Source of the DNA: the human T2T-CHM13v2.0 reference genome, Homo sapiens
DNA: 64,000 nucleotides
NCBI RefSeq assembly: GCF_009914755.1
Contig: NC_060936.1
Reading direction: 5' to 3' (one strand)
A model generated the notes under the pieces. It did no database searches and was not told the origin of the DNA. It saw nothing but the letters and a program-made list of their open reading frames with translations. The first letter of the stretch is position 1. Each line of letters starts with the position of its first letter. The position numbers were made by a program, and so were the translations under genes. This document shows positions 24,664 through 37,819 of the stretch, piece by piece.

Positions 24664-25388
24664 TGTTACAGTAGGTAGCTAGTCCCCACTCAGCCACCAC
24701 ACCAGGAATGTCAGCAACCATCAGGTGATGGTCAGGCAGCTGTTAACTGTCTCTCTAAAATAATAATTGGTCTCAGCCAGTGCCAGGAAAAGGCAATCTT
24801 CTAGTAGATAGAAACACCTGAAACTGATGACCAGCAGCTTCCTGATAAGATCTCAGGAGGTGGGCGATTGGGCTCACACATGAGCATTAATGGGCAAAAT
24901 GGCAGCGTTTAACTGGTATATGACCTTATAGGAACATTAGACTGGTAAGGGAAGAATGCCTCAAGTGAGCATGTGTACAACTCCAGTAAACACACTGCTC
25001 CTGCGGCCCCTCCAAAGTGCTGGCAGCCACTGCACATGCAGACAGCCCACCCCAAGGGAAGAATCAGGGGAGAAGGGATGCAAGACCCCAGAAGCATGCC
25101 AACATATAAAACCCCATGTCAAAGGTCATATTGTGCACTTGATCTTTCAAGTTGCCCACTTGGCCCTCTTTCAAGTGTACTTTACTTCTTTTCATTCCCA
25201 CTCTAAAGCTTTTAAATAAACTTTCACTCCTGTTCTAAAACTTGCCTTGGTCTCTCCCTTTGCCTTATGCCCCTTCATCGGATTCTTTCTTATGAGGAGG
25301 CAAGAATGGAGGTTGCTGCAGACCCATACGATTCACTGCTACTAACATACTTTGGTGCCACAGGACTTGAATACATTCCACTGCTAAC
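24664..25388 (+). mobile_element. MER50-family ERV1 LTR
   Basis: tgttacagtaggtagctagtc...accaggaatgtcag...TATA (catataaaaccc)...aataaactttcactcc...gctgcagacccatacg; tcccc on both flanks. Confidence 0.8.
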
Positions 25389-25582
25389 TCCCCTACCAAC
25401 TTCAGACATCAATCGTAAGTCCAAGCTGTTACCTGTGCTTCTGACCAATTGGCTATAAATTGGAGGTTCCTGGTAACCCTTCCTCATGTTTGACTATTGC
25501 TAGAACAGCGTACAGGATTCAAGAAAACAGTTGCTTATTAGATCACTGGTTTCTTATAAAAGGATACAAATTAGGAATAGCC

Positions 25583-25890
25583 TGGAATGAACAAGGTGCT
25601 CATGGCTGTAATCTCAGCACTTTGGGAGGCCGAGGCGGGTGGATTACTTGAGCTCAGGAGTTTGAGACCAGCCTGAGAAACATGGCAAAACCCCAGCTCT
25701 ACTAAAAAACACAAAAAGTAGCTGGGTGTGGTGGTTTGTGCCTGTAGTCCCAGCTACTGGGGGTCTAAGATGGGAAAATATCTTGAGCCTGGGAGGCGGA
25801 GGTTGCAGTGAGCCAAGATCATGCCAATGCATCTCCAGCCTGGGCAACAGAGCAAGACTCTGTCTCAAAAATAAATAAATAAATAAAAAT
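25583..25890 (+). mobile_element. Alu SINE (AluJ-like)
   Basis: Dimeric Alu with (AAAT)n tail; TSD aaat[t/c]aggaa[t/c]agcc at 25568-25582 and 25887-25901. Confidence 0.95.
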
Positions 25891-27409
25891 CAGGAACAGC
25901 CAGATAGAAGCCATGTATAAAGCAAAGTGTGTGGGAAGTGGGGAAGCTTCCATGCCCTCTCTGGGCACACCAGCCTCCAGGATCCTCCACACATTCAGCT
26001 GTCCGGAAGCTTTCTAATGGTGTTCTTTTGAGTGGTTATAGAGGCCTCATTATATAGGCATGATTGATTGAATCATTGGCCATTGGTGATTGACTCAACC
26101 TTTAGCTCCTCTCCCTTCCCCAGAGGTTGGGGGGGTGGGGCTGAAAATTCTGACCTTCTAATCATCTGGTTGGTTCCCCTGGCAACTGGACCTCCACATC
26201 CTGAGGCTATCCAGGAGCTCCCAGCTACTAGTCACCTCATTAACATGCAAAAAGTTGTCACTTTCCAGAACTCTAAGGGTTTTAGGAGTATGTACCAAGA
26301 AATAGGGATGAAGACCAAATAGATACACATTTATTATTATAAATCCCAATATCATCATATCTAATTAGGGAGGCTGATAAAAGTTGGGAGTGCATGAATT
26401 TCATTCATTTCTAGGCTATTGACATTTTCAGAGTAGCCTGCCTCTACTCCTACCCCCAGCTCCCAAACACACACACATTCCCCTCTATCTGGTAAGCCAA
26501 CTGCTACCATAGGAGGACTCCTGCGGTTCTTTACCAGCTTTGAACACCTGGGTAAGATTCACCCCATGGATGGATCCAGATGTCTAGGCTTGGTAAACCT
26601 GATTTTGCCTGCAGGTTCCATCAAACTTTATTAGTAATAAAGCTGATGAATTAACGTGTTAAGACTCAACTGGCTCCAACTTCATAGAGAACAGAAGATC
26701 TGGGCACTTTAGAAAGCCCAAGGGTTTTCTTCCAACAATAACTTGCCCCAAATCAAACAGCTAGGAAATGTGTAGATGGTATTCACACTGCCTGCTGAAT
26801 CCAAGCAGTCTGACTCCAAATTCCGAGCTTTTAAACACTACGCTACATTGACGATGAGGAGTAAACTGAGGCCAAGGAGGTAAGGAAGGAGTCATGTCAC
26901 AAGAGCCTTGCAGAACATGGAAGAAGTTTGGATTCCATCACAAGGGCTGTAGGGAGCCACACACATGCTTCAAACAAGGAGAGTAGACACTACCATCTGC
27001 AGCAGCCCTAGACCAAACTCCTACAGTTAAGACTTTAGGTTAGAATTTTCTTCCAAAGGAAAACGTATGAGAAAACAATACTGTTACTGTCTTTGAAAGC
27101 TATTCATGACATGTGAGGCTGGGGAATGGAGGTTTTATTATTGTTGTTTGTTCTTAAAGGAGAAGCATTTTGGAGTGAGTGGGTTGTTTTGTCTTTGTTT
27201 TGCTTCCTCATTCTTGAGAAGTCAGGCAGGTCAGGATGATTGCCAGGGAACGTGTGTGGTCCACCTTGGCCTCTGCAAGTGAGTACACAGAGCCAGACTT
27301 CACTAGTACCTGCTGGGCTCTGCTAAGCACAGAGTCAAGCCTGAGTACACAGTTTGATTATCATCAACTTCCCCGTCATCATTAACAATTTCCTCTACTA
27401 ACCATGTCA

Positions 27410-27630
27410 ACATTTACTGAGCTCTCAGGATGTGCTGGCCACTAAATGTGGTCAATCTGAGATAACTTCATAACAAGCCTATTAGGTAGATAGTATTATA
27501 ACTTCCATTTTACAGGTGAAGAAATTGAGATGCAGAGAGCTTAAGTAATTTGGTCTGTAATAAGCAGGAATTAGACAAGCAGGAATTTGAACCTAGGTTA
27601 ATTTGACCTTCAAGGTTTTAACCACAAGGC
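27410..27630 (-). mobile_element. MIR SINE
   Basis: aacatttactgagc...ccattttacaggtgaagaaattgag...ggaatttgaacctagg. Confidence 0.8.
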
Positions 27631-28394
27631 TACACTTTGCCACATAGGAGGTGCTCATAGTTGGTGTCAAGACTACCGGAAGCAACCTCTTGTGCTATGT
27701 TAGGCATGCAGTTGGAGAGAAGCATAGCTTTGAGAGCAGTAAAGTGGTTCATTTGGGTCAAACACCCTGGTGCAGAGGCATGTGGGGAAAAATCTCCCAA
27801 GTATTCATTACTACTAATGGAATCACATAGTGCTTCTCTAAGATAGAAAATGTTCTCTATAAACTTCAAGTCTCCACTCACACAGAATAATGTGGGGACA
27901 CCAAGTTAGTCATCTGATATGCCACATAAATAAATGAACAGACAGGAATATTTGTATTTTTATCTTTAAGCATAGTATGCACAACAGAACTAGGTGCAAA
28001 TGATTATTCAGTGCAACTTGACATTTACAGAGTTTGTATTGCATGCAGGCACAATACCAGACACTGGACACAGAAATGAATCAGACATAGCCATTGCCCT
28101 AACAAGACCTACAGAGTTCTGTAAGGGCAGGAAGTTTGGCACCAACTATAGTGTAATGCCCTGTTAAATGCAACATATGCAATAGGAACAGAGCTTTCAC
28201 TGGAGCACAGAAGTCTGAGCAGTTATTTCTACTCAGAACTCAAGCAATACTTCACAGGGGTGGGAATATTAGAATATTGAAGGGTAAGAAGAATAAGAAT
28301 ATAGGCAAGGATATTCTGGAGAGGAGGATGTCTTGAAGAGCATGGAGAGAAGAGGAAAAACATACAAAGTATATACGAATATCTGAGAAATTTA

Positions 28395-28751
<357 letters not shown>

Positions 28752-29539
28752 CTAGGAAAATAGACAGGATGTAGATCATGGAGCACTTGGAATGCCAAGA
28801 TAACAAGCTTGGACTTGATCCTGTGTTAGGCAGAACCCTGGAGAGCTGTAAAAGCAATGAGGATAACCACTTGATGTGCCTTTTTGGAACCAAGCACCAG
28901 TGTCAGGGTGGAGATTGAATGGTTCAAGTTGTTGATGGCAAGGACCTAAATCCCAGCATTGGCAGGAGAAGCAATGGAGAAGGGGGACGGTACTAGATTG
29001 ATATGTCTGAGGTTGAAGGGACAAGGTTTGGTGACTAATTGGACATGGAAGTGAGTGGAAAGAACCAAATACCCTAGGTCTCTAGCATTTGTGAAGGGGA
29101 TTAATGGGTAATGGATAATGATCTCATCAAGACAACCCAGGAGGAGAAGAAAGGGTAGGGGTGGGGAAAAGAATGAGTTCTGGTTGGGATGTCTTGTATT
29201 TGAAGCATTGCAGAATAGACCCAAAATTGGAAAGTAGTTGGAAATAGAAGCCTGAATCTCTGAAGAGAGAAGATAGAAATGTGTGAGTCATCAGCATTTC
29301 ATGGTAGCTGAAAGTCTGGGAGAAAAAAGCTTCCCAGAAAATACAGAAATTGCTAGAGGAGCAGAAAGGGCAGAACCCTTGGGAAGATTCATATTTATTA
29401 TTTCTATTAGAGAAAGAAGAGCAAGGGAAGGAGGTCAAGAAAGAATAGCCAAAGAAGTAGTAGAAGCAGTAAGGGAAAGTGGTATGATGGGAAGATGGAA
29501 GGCTGCAATGCGTGTGTCAAATGCCTCAGAGAGACTGGG

Positions 29540-29690
29540 CATCCATGTCCTCATGAATTACTTGGAGATCTTGTTAAAACGCAGACTTTAATTCAATCAT
29601 TCTGGAATGGGACCCAAGATTCTGCATTTGTAACAGCTGCCAGGCAATGTACTGAATGGTCCATGGTCCTCACTTTGAACTGGCAAGGGG
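29540..29690. mobile_element. MER5-like hAT-Charlie MITE
   Basis: gaattacttggagatcttgttaaaacgcagact...gggacccaagattctgcatttgtaacagc...cactttgaac. Confidence 0.7.
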
Positions 29691-31199
29691 TCAAGAGTGA
29701 AGACTGGGACAGAATCATAGAATTTAGCACTTGGGAGGTCATAGGGGACATTTGAGGGGTTTCAATTGGGTGAAGAGTGATTGGGACACAGAGGAGAAGT
29801 AAAGGCAAGGATGGAAGGCCTTCCAGAGGCTCAGCAGGTGAAGAGAGATGGGAGGCAGTGGTTGGAGAGAAAGGCAAAGTTGGGGAAGATTTTAGAGGAT
29901 TGGGGAATATTTGGGCCTGTTTATAGAATGGTAGGAGAGGCAGTTCCCTTTCTCTTTAGAGAAACAGAGGAAGTGGAATGATTTTTCCTTCCTTACCTAT
30001 AATGATATCCACAAAGGAAGTGGATGATCATTACAGGCAAGGAAGGAAAAAATGGTACAAAGTGTTTGGTCCTTGCATCCTCACCTCCTTCTAAGATACT
30101 TCTGAGACAAAAGGGAAGGCGAGAAGGCTGGGAGAAGAAACAGGTATATTTTTGAGGAGAGAAGATAATGAATTTCATAACTAATGTCCTTTATTTTTTT
30201 TCACAGAAGTCAGAACTGAAGCTATCTGCAGAATATAACGGGGTAAATTGGTTTTAAAAGGCAGGAGAGAATAGTAATGATTTGGAATAGCCCCTGTAGA
30301 GAATGGGGATAAAATATGCTGCTGAAAAGAAAATATGAGATAATAAGAAGAAAAATGAAGTATGAGAAAAAATGGTAATTCATAACAGTCCTAATTATAT
30401 AACAGTCCATCACACATGAAATATTTTATTTAGCATGCAAAAGTCAATTGTAGAACCCTAGAGTCTACAGAATTTTAAAGTTGGAAGGGATCTGTTAATG
30501 TGGAAACAGAATATCCAGAATCATACAGTAAGCGCACTGCATAAGAAATACACATTTACACCAGAGGAAGCTGTCCTCACATGATATCTTCAGCCACTCA
30601 GCTCCTAGCTCTGGGCTTAGACCCTCTGGACCCCATGGATGAGAATTTTCCTATACTTCCTTATTTCATCAAACTCAATTTAGATGCCAGCCAACTCCGC
30701 TATTTGCAGCCCACTCTGCTATTTTATAACAGGCAAAAGTGTTCCTTGCAATCTTCCTTTTTGGAAAGATCTATAAATAATAGGGTACCTATGAGTGAAT
30801 TTTATGAGTGATACCATCCTTTTCTCTATCTAGAGGAAGAGAGGAAGTCACTTTGGAACAAACTTTTATTTTGGGTTCTGAGAACATATTACTCGAGTGG
30901 CCTCTCTTTACATGTGCAAGACCCATAGGCTTTTGCCCTGACCATAGAAAAGGTGAAACAGAAGCATTTGTGGCTGTTGTTTTCTGTGCTTTTCCAAAGC
31001 TTTGTGGTGCCTCTGCTTCTCTTGGCACCAGAGCTCTGGAGTAGGTGCTGATTATATTGCACAAAAACCCAGAAGTCTCCTGGAAGGAAAGGTCCTGAGA
31101 CCTCTAACTCCTTTTCCATAAAATTCAAAGTCAATAATATGTTAGAGTGGCCCTCACCAAGGACTACGGAAAAGAAAAAGTCACCAAGATCCCTCAAAG

Positions 31200-31539
31200 T
31201 CTCAAAATCTATCTAGAACCGAACCACGTTTTACTGCTTTTACCCTTATCACCCTGGTTTGGGTAACCCCTCAAGTCTTCTCTGAATTATTGCAATTGCC
31301 TTTGAATTGGTCCCCGTGTTCAACCCCTGGACTCCAACACTCTATTCTCAAGACAGCAGTAAGAGTGACGCTTTTACAACTTTAAAACTCAAGTCCACTC
31401 CAGTCACTTCTCTGCTCACAACTCTCTTATTCCCCCCTTCTCACTCAGAGTAAAGGCTGGAGTTCTCACAACAACCAACAAGGTTCTAAATGAGCTGGAC
31501 CCCCACCAACTGTTTTACTCCATCTCCTTCTACTCTGTC
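31200..31539 (+). mobile_element. L2 remnant (left part; continues at ~33070-33575)
   Basis: ctctattctcaagacagcagtaagagtgacgcttt...tcacttctctgctcacaactct...cactcagagtaaag. Confidence 0.75.
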
Positions 31540-31960
31540 TGTATTAATAGTCTGGGGTCTACAGAGAAACTAAAACAATAGGATATATACACATACATAT
31601 AGCATTGTGTTGTATATATATACACACTGTGCATATATGTATAATTATATTGTGTGTATATACTTTATATATGTAGAGAGATATATATAGAGAGAGACAG
31701 GTATATATATAGAGACATATATATGTGTGTGTGTATATGTATATATATATATGTATATACATATATGGAGAGAGAGATTTATTATAAGGAATTGACTCAC
31801 ACAGTTATGAAGTCTGAGAAGTCCCACAATCTGCAGTCAGCAAGCTTGAGAACCAGGAGAGCCAATGGTCTAGTTCCAGTCCAAGTTCTAAGGCCCAAGA
31901 ACTAGGAGAGCTAAGGGTGTAAGCTCCAGTCTGAGTCTGATCCGAAAGCAGGAAGCCAAC
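31540..31960 (-). mobile_element. MLT2-type (ERV-L) LTR, 5'-truncated, with an internal (TA)n/(TG)n/(GA)n microsatellite at ~31583-31777
   Basis: tgtattaatagtc...cagagaaactaaaacaataggatata...gagatttattataaggaattgactcacacagttatg...gagaagtcccacaatctgcagtcagcaagc. Confidence 0.88.
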
Positions 31961-33069
31961 TACTATCACAGAATGGGTCATTCTATCCTCTTGATTATCG
32001 AAGCTCTCCTCTGCTGAGGTCAACCTTTGGTGAGCATTTATGTTGAACACAAATGTCTTCACATTTTTTGCCCATTCAGAGGGGTCTGTCCTCTTCCCCA
32101 AATTTTCTTCTTATCAATTTTTCTATCATATGCCTTCAAAATTGCTGATCATTCAGCCAAATTATTGGCCACAGCCCATGAATCAGTATATAATGATACA
32201 TCTGGCCATTTCTCTTTCCAAGCAAAGTAGATGGCCAGGTGAACTTCTTGAAGCTCTGCCCACTGGAAGGACTTCCCTTTACCGGTGTCCTTCAGGGATG
32301 TCCCAGAAAGGAGCTATAGTAGTACAGCTGTCCCCTTTCAGAGGATGCCTGCATATCATAAAGAACCATCTGTAAACACCCCCCAAGCTTCTCTTCCTCT
32401 GTCAACAACTGTAGGAAACTTCCCACAAGGCCATAGGTACACGCTGGGAGAGAAAAGGCAGTGGAGCAGGAGTGGGGACCATGGGCATTTGGGCCACTTC
32501 TTCATGTAACTTATCTGTGCCTTCAGGACCTGTTCATATCCAATCATATAAATACCAGTTCCATTTGATAATGGAATGCTGCTGTGCACACCAAACTTTG
32601 TGGCTAGGTGGCTCAGATAATATCCAGTTCATGATGCGTAGCTCAGGTTGCATGATAACTTGAGGTGATTATAAATGCAGGTGGCCCTTAGTTAAGTATT
32701 TGATCTCTATTAAGACTGTATAGCAAGCCAAGAGCTGTTTCTCAAAAGGAGAGCAGTTATCTGTGGGTAATAACAATGCCTTGCTCTAAAACCCTAAAGG
32801 CCTGTGTTGCAATTCACTTACAAAGGCCTTCCAAAGGCTCCAAACAGCATCCCTATCTGCCACTGACACTTCAAGGACCAATGGATCTACTGGATCGTAT
32901 GGACCAAGCAGCACAGCAGCCTGCACAGTGGCCTGGACCTGTCGCAGAGCCTTCTCTTGTTCTGGGTCCCACTCAAAACTAGCAGCTTTGCAGGTCGCTC
33001 AGTAAATGGGCTGGAATAACACACTCAAATGAAGAATATGTTGCCTCCAAAACCCAAAGAGGTCCGCTA
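31961..33069 (-). pseudogene. Decayed ERV-L pol fragment (RT connection/tether and RNase H)
   Basis: Minus-strand remnants FTDGS (ORF 32356-32589) and SEWAKNVKTFVFNINAHQRLTSAEESFDNQEDRMTHSV (ORF 31805-32101) resemble HERV-L RNase H; many stops and frameshifts. Confidence 0.88.
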
Positions 33070-33575
33070 TAAACTGGATCCCGCCAACTGTTTCACCTCC
33101 TCTCCTATTCCTACTCTTCTTTGCCCACTTTGCTGGAACCACAATGTCTCTTTGCTAACCCTCAAACTGGCAAACGTGCTCCAGACTCGGGGCCTTGTGC
33201 CTCTCTGTTCCCTCTGCTTGGCATGTTCTTTTCTCCAATATGCAAATGGATTAGTTCTTTGCTCAAATGTCATCCTCTTCCTGAAGCCATCACTAACAAC
33301 CTGTGACACTTTCAACCCTGCCTTGCCTGACATTTCCAGTCTACCATCCCTGCTTTTATTTTTCTCCCCAGCACTTTATTAAATTACATTTAGAATTATA
33401 CAGTTACATAAAGAATTATATAACGTGCTTATTTGGCTTACTGGCTATGTCCCCCCAAACAAAATGTAAGGTCCTGGAAGTCAGGATTATTGTCTATTTT
33501 GCTCACTTCTGCATTCACAGTGGGCAGTACCTGATAAGCATTTGGCACTCGATAAATATTACTTTAACAAATATA
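33070..33575 (+). mobile_element. L2 remnant, 3' end
   Basis: ggccttgtgcctctctgttccctctgcttgg...gctcaaatgtcatc...aatgtaaggtcctggaagtcagga...ggcactcgataaatatt. Confidence 0.78.
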
Positions 33576-34359
33576 CGCAGAATCCAAGCCCAGTGCAAAG
33601 GCCTATGGCACAAATTGAAAGCACAAATGCATTCAGGGACTAAGCAGTCACAAGAACACTGTAAGTGGCAGGAAGTGGGATGTACCAGAGACCCTGCCCA
33701 CTGAATGCTCGCTCAGCTTCCGCTGACTGTTGTTGCAGAAGAATGTAGGCATAAGTGGACCACATCTTCACTTTTTTTCCGAAAGAAACAAGAAATATTT
33801 TAATGCAAAAATCTAAAGATTTTGTTACTGATGACTAGGTCTCTGGCCTAAGAAGTCAAAGAAAATGGCCTGGCCCTGCGTAACATGTGGCTGAGCCCAG
33901 TAATCCCTCCAGACCTGGACATCCTGTCCAAATGGTGGCCTTCAGAATAATATCTGAGCCCAAGCAAGCCCCACAGAGACCCCCCCAAGGCCAGCACCCT
34001 CATCCCAGAGGCATAGGACATTCTTCTCTAGGTTATGTGGGACCAACATTCCACAGATATCTCACTGGGAAGCCACAGAAACAGCAGTCCTAGGAACCAG
34101 ATTCAACTTTCTAGTTTATTCCTCGCTCAGGATTTGGAGGCAAGGCAAAACACTTTGAACTTATAAAGCCTCCAGGGACCTCAGATCATTTGGATGAGGG
34201 CAAAGAGGGAGGAATCTTCAAGAAAACGATACAGAACTTCTACTAACGGGGATATGAACAATTGTTCACTGGAAGAATGCAGGAGATTTGATTACACTTG
34301 CGCTCTGAAAAGAAGTGGGTCATATCATTTATATAAATAAATATTTGGCACAGACTCTG

Positions 34360-34520
34360 AAGTTGTCTGACTCCACTTCTATTTTTGTAAAATGGGGATA
34401 ATAATAGTACTTACCTCATAGCACTGTTATGATAATGAGATAAATGAATACATTTAAAGTGCTTAGAATAGTGCCTGACATATAGGAAGCACTTAATAAG
34501 TGTTGAGCATTATTTTTATT
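34360..34520 (+). mobile_element. MIR SINE
   Basis: tgtaaaatggggataataatagtacttacctcatag...aaagtgcttagaatagtgcctgacatatagg. Confidence 0.85.
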
Positions 34521-34609
34521 ACTGTTATAATTCCATTCAAATAGCTTAATCTTCTATCTTGCTGCCTTTAACTTTATTCTCATAAACATCTGAAAATCTA
34601 GCTGCCAAT

Positions 34610-37030
34610 ACCCCTTATAAATGCAAAAATCCTCCACAAATACTAAAAAATCAAATACAGCAGTACAGAAAAAGGATGGTACAATCAAGTGGATTTTGTC
34701 CTGAAAATGCAAGGCTGGCTCAACAATAAAAAATCAATGTTATTTGCCATATTAACAGATTAAAGAAAAAAAATCATGTGATTATCTCAATACATTCAAA
34801 TAAAGCATTTGAAACATTTAACATCATGATCAAAACTCTCAGTAAACTAAGAATAGAAGAGAACTTCCTTAACCTAATAAAGGGCATCTACAGGGAAAAA
34901 AAAAAAAAAAAACAGCTAACATTATATTCAATGGTGAAAGACTGAATTCTTAGCCTGTCAGATTGGGAGCAAAACAAGGGTGAAAATGTCTGCTCTAATC
35001 ATTCCTTTTCCTCCTACTGGAAGTCCTAGCCAGTGCAATAAAGCAAAGAAAAAAACTGTGAGGCATATAGCAGAAATCAAACTTTCTCATCTCAAAGTAT
35101 GTGATTATTCACATAGGAAACCCCAAGGAATCTGCAAAAATGCTACTGAAAATAAGGAGTGAGCTTAACAAATCTGAAGCGTACAAAGTTAATACTTAAA
35201 AAAATCAATCTTATTTCTGAATACTGGTAATAAACAACTAGGAATTGAAATTAAATAAACAGAACCCTATATAATAACACCAAAAATAATAAGATACTTA
35301 GGTATAAATCTAACAAAATATTGCAAGACCTATATGCTAAAAGCTAAAATACACTGATAAGAGAAAAAGAACTCTCAGTAAATGGAGAGATACGCTGCAT
35401 TCATGGATTAGAACACTTGATCTTATTAATATGTCATTCTCCTCAAATTGATTCAACACACTAGAGATTAAAATCCTGGCAGGCTTTTTTGAGATGACAA
35501 AAAGCTGATTCTAAAAATCTTTATAGAAAGGCAAAGAAGCTAGAACAGACAAAATAATTTTAAATAAGAAGAACAAAGTAGGGGAGTCCACACTACCTGA
35601 TTTTAAGACTTCCTATACAGCTACAATAATCAAGACATTGTGATCTTGATTGGCAAAAAGTGGTATTGGCAAAAAGTGTGACACATAAATCAATGGAACA
35701 GAATGAAGAATCCAGAAATAGACCCACCCAAATATGGTCAATTGATTTCTGGCAAAGGTGCAAAGGCTATTTAATAGAGAAAGGATAGTCCTTTCAAGAA
35801 ATGGTGCTGGAAAAATTGGATGTTCATGTGCAAAAGAAAGTGGACTTCAACCTATATATATATATATCTCACACTTTATACAAAAATTAACTCAAAATGA
35901 GTTACATACCCAAGTGGAAAATGTAAAATAATAAAACCTTTAGAAGAAAATCTTTGTGACTTAAGATTAGGCAGAGTTCTTAGAAATGACACAAAAGCAT
36001 GGTAAAATGGACTTACTTAATCAAAAGTAAAACTTTTACACTGTTAAAAGAATGAAAAGATAAACTAAAGACTGGGAGAAGAATATCTGGAAATTATACA
36101 TCTAATAATGGACTGGGAGGCAGAATATATTAAAAACTCTCAAAACTCAACAGTAGGAGAACAAACAACTCAGTAAAAAATGGGCAAAAAATTTACGCCG
36201 ACACTTCATCAGAGAAGATGTACATATATATGTATATGACAAATAAGCACACAAAAAGATGCTCAGCATCATTAGTCATTAGAGAAATGTCAATTAAAAC
36301 CACAGTGAAATACCAATACATACCTATTAAAGTGGCTAGTATTTTTTTTTTAAAGACAGCCTGACAATTCCAAGTACTGACAAGAATGCAGAGCAACTGC
36401 AACTCTTATAAACTGCTAGTTGGAATATAAAATGGTGCAACCACTTTGGAAAAACAGTTTGGCGTGCACTTACCATATGACACAAACCCACTCCTAGGCA
36501 TTTACACCGCCCCCCCGCCCAACAAATATATATCTACATGAAAACCTGTATGTAAATGTTTACAGTAGTGTTTATACTAATTTTATTCATAATTACTAGA
36601 AACTGGAAACAAGTCAGATGTCTTTCAACTGGTGGATGGATAAACAAATAAATCTGCATGTTGGGTTACAAGTCAGCAATTAAAGGGAATGAACTATTGA
36701 TACATACAACATAGATGAATCTCAAATGCATCATGCTAAGTGAAGAAAGCTAGACTCAAAAAGTTGTCTGATTCCATTTCTATGACACTTTAAAAGGGAA
36801 AACTACAGGGTTGGACAGTGCATCAGTGGTTCAGGGACTACAGGTTAGGGGATGAGATCAAGAGGTTTGCCCATAGTGGGGCAGCAGGAAGGAATTTAAG
36901 GAGATGATAGAATTCTTCTGTATCCTAAATGTGATGGTGGTTACATGACTTAATTTGTCAAAACTTACAGAAATATACGTCCCCCCTGCAAAGTTTTTTT
37001 CTTTATTTAAATTTAAAAATTAAAATAATA
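34610..37030 (+). mobile_element. Ancient L1M-type LINE: decayed ORF2 (RT to C-terminus) plus 3'UTR
   Basis: ORF2 remnants atgcaaggctggctcaac (MQGW), caatggaacagaatgaagaatccagaaatagac, tggtgctggaaaaattgg; L1M 3'UTR motifs; multiple stops. Confidence 0.93.
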
Positions 37031-37309
37031 CATTGTTCTAACTTATCATTTCAGTTTATTTTTCATCACTTGCTCGTTTCCTCCTCCATCCAACTAACCC
37101 CTTCGGCATCACTCTTGCCTAAACACCTCATGAGTTTTATGCCTCTATTCCTTTGCTTATACTATTCCCTCTAGGGAAATGTCTTCCTCATTCACCACCT
37201 CCCCTAGCCCAGTCACTGAAAAACTTCAACGCAGTATTCAAATCCTGGTTCAAAGATCAGTTCAGTGATGTGGTCCTCCCTGACCCCCCTGGCTTTTACT
37301 ATATGACTG

Positions 37310-37500
37310 TTCTCTCATGAGCTTGGAATCCAAGAAAGCTAGATTCAAGTCTGGTTTCTGCCAGCAGCTGCATGATCTAAAGCAAGTCACTTACTCTTTC
37401 TATGCCTCAGTTTTCTCATCTGTGAGACAGAAATAACAAGAATATTATCTCACAGGACTGTTGGGATAATTAAGTGAGAGAAAGCATGAGGAGTGCTTAG
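37310..37500 (+). mobile_element. MIR SINE
   Basis: gattcaagtctggtttctgcca...gcaagtcacttactctttctatgcctcagttttctcatctgt. Confidence 0.8.
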
Positions 37501-37529
37501 CAGAGCACCAGGCAGAGTAGCAGCATACA

Positions 37530-37622
37530 AACATGATGGTGATGGTGGTGGTGACAATGGGGAGGATGGTGATGGCGATGATGAGTATGATGATTATGGC
37601 GATGGTGATCATGTTGATGATA
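37530..37622 (+). repeat. Degenerate (GAT/GGT)n simple repeat
   Basis: gatggtgatggtggtggtgacaatgg...gatgatgagtatgatgattatggcgatggtgat. Confidence 0.85.
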
Positions 37623-37819
37623 AGAATTCCTCCATTCACATCAGCCATCTGCTTAAATTGAATCACATTCAGTAGTGATGCCCCTCTCTTGGTGGGCCTG
37701 ATTCTTTGCCCCAAAAACAAATCAGTAATGCAAGTACAAGACAAATTTGGCTTCTATGCTGACAAGTGCCGTCATGCCTGCTTTGCTGCCAAGGCTGTTC
37801 AAGCTTTTAGTTCAAGGAA

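Larger units (their letters stand above)
24468..26357 (-). mobile_element. MER21-family ERV LTR, interrupted by MER50 and an Alu
   Basis: ggttaagggctcagtcccacaa | ttcagacatcaatcgtaagtcc...ggctataaattggaggttcc...ggcatgattgattgaatcattggccattggtgat...aaatcccaatatcatca. Confidence 0.85.

Noticed and set aside
31559-31905. Tyr/Ile-rich ORFs
   Set aside because: Translations of the (TA)n/(TG)n microsatellite inside the MLT2 LTR
31961-33069. Domesticated ERV-L pol gene
   Set aside because: Multiple stops and frameshifts; RT catalytic core and integrase absent
37445-37744. Acidic Asp/Gly-rich ORF and antisense Ile/Thr-rich membrane-like ORF
   Set aside because: Both arise from a degenerate (GAT)n simple repeat
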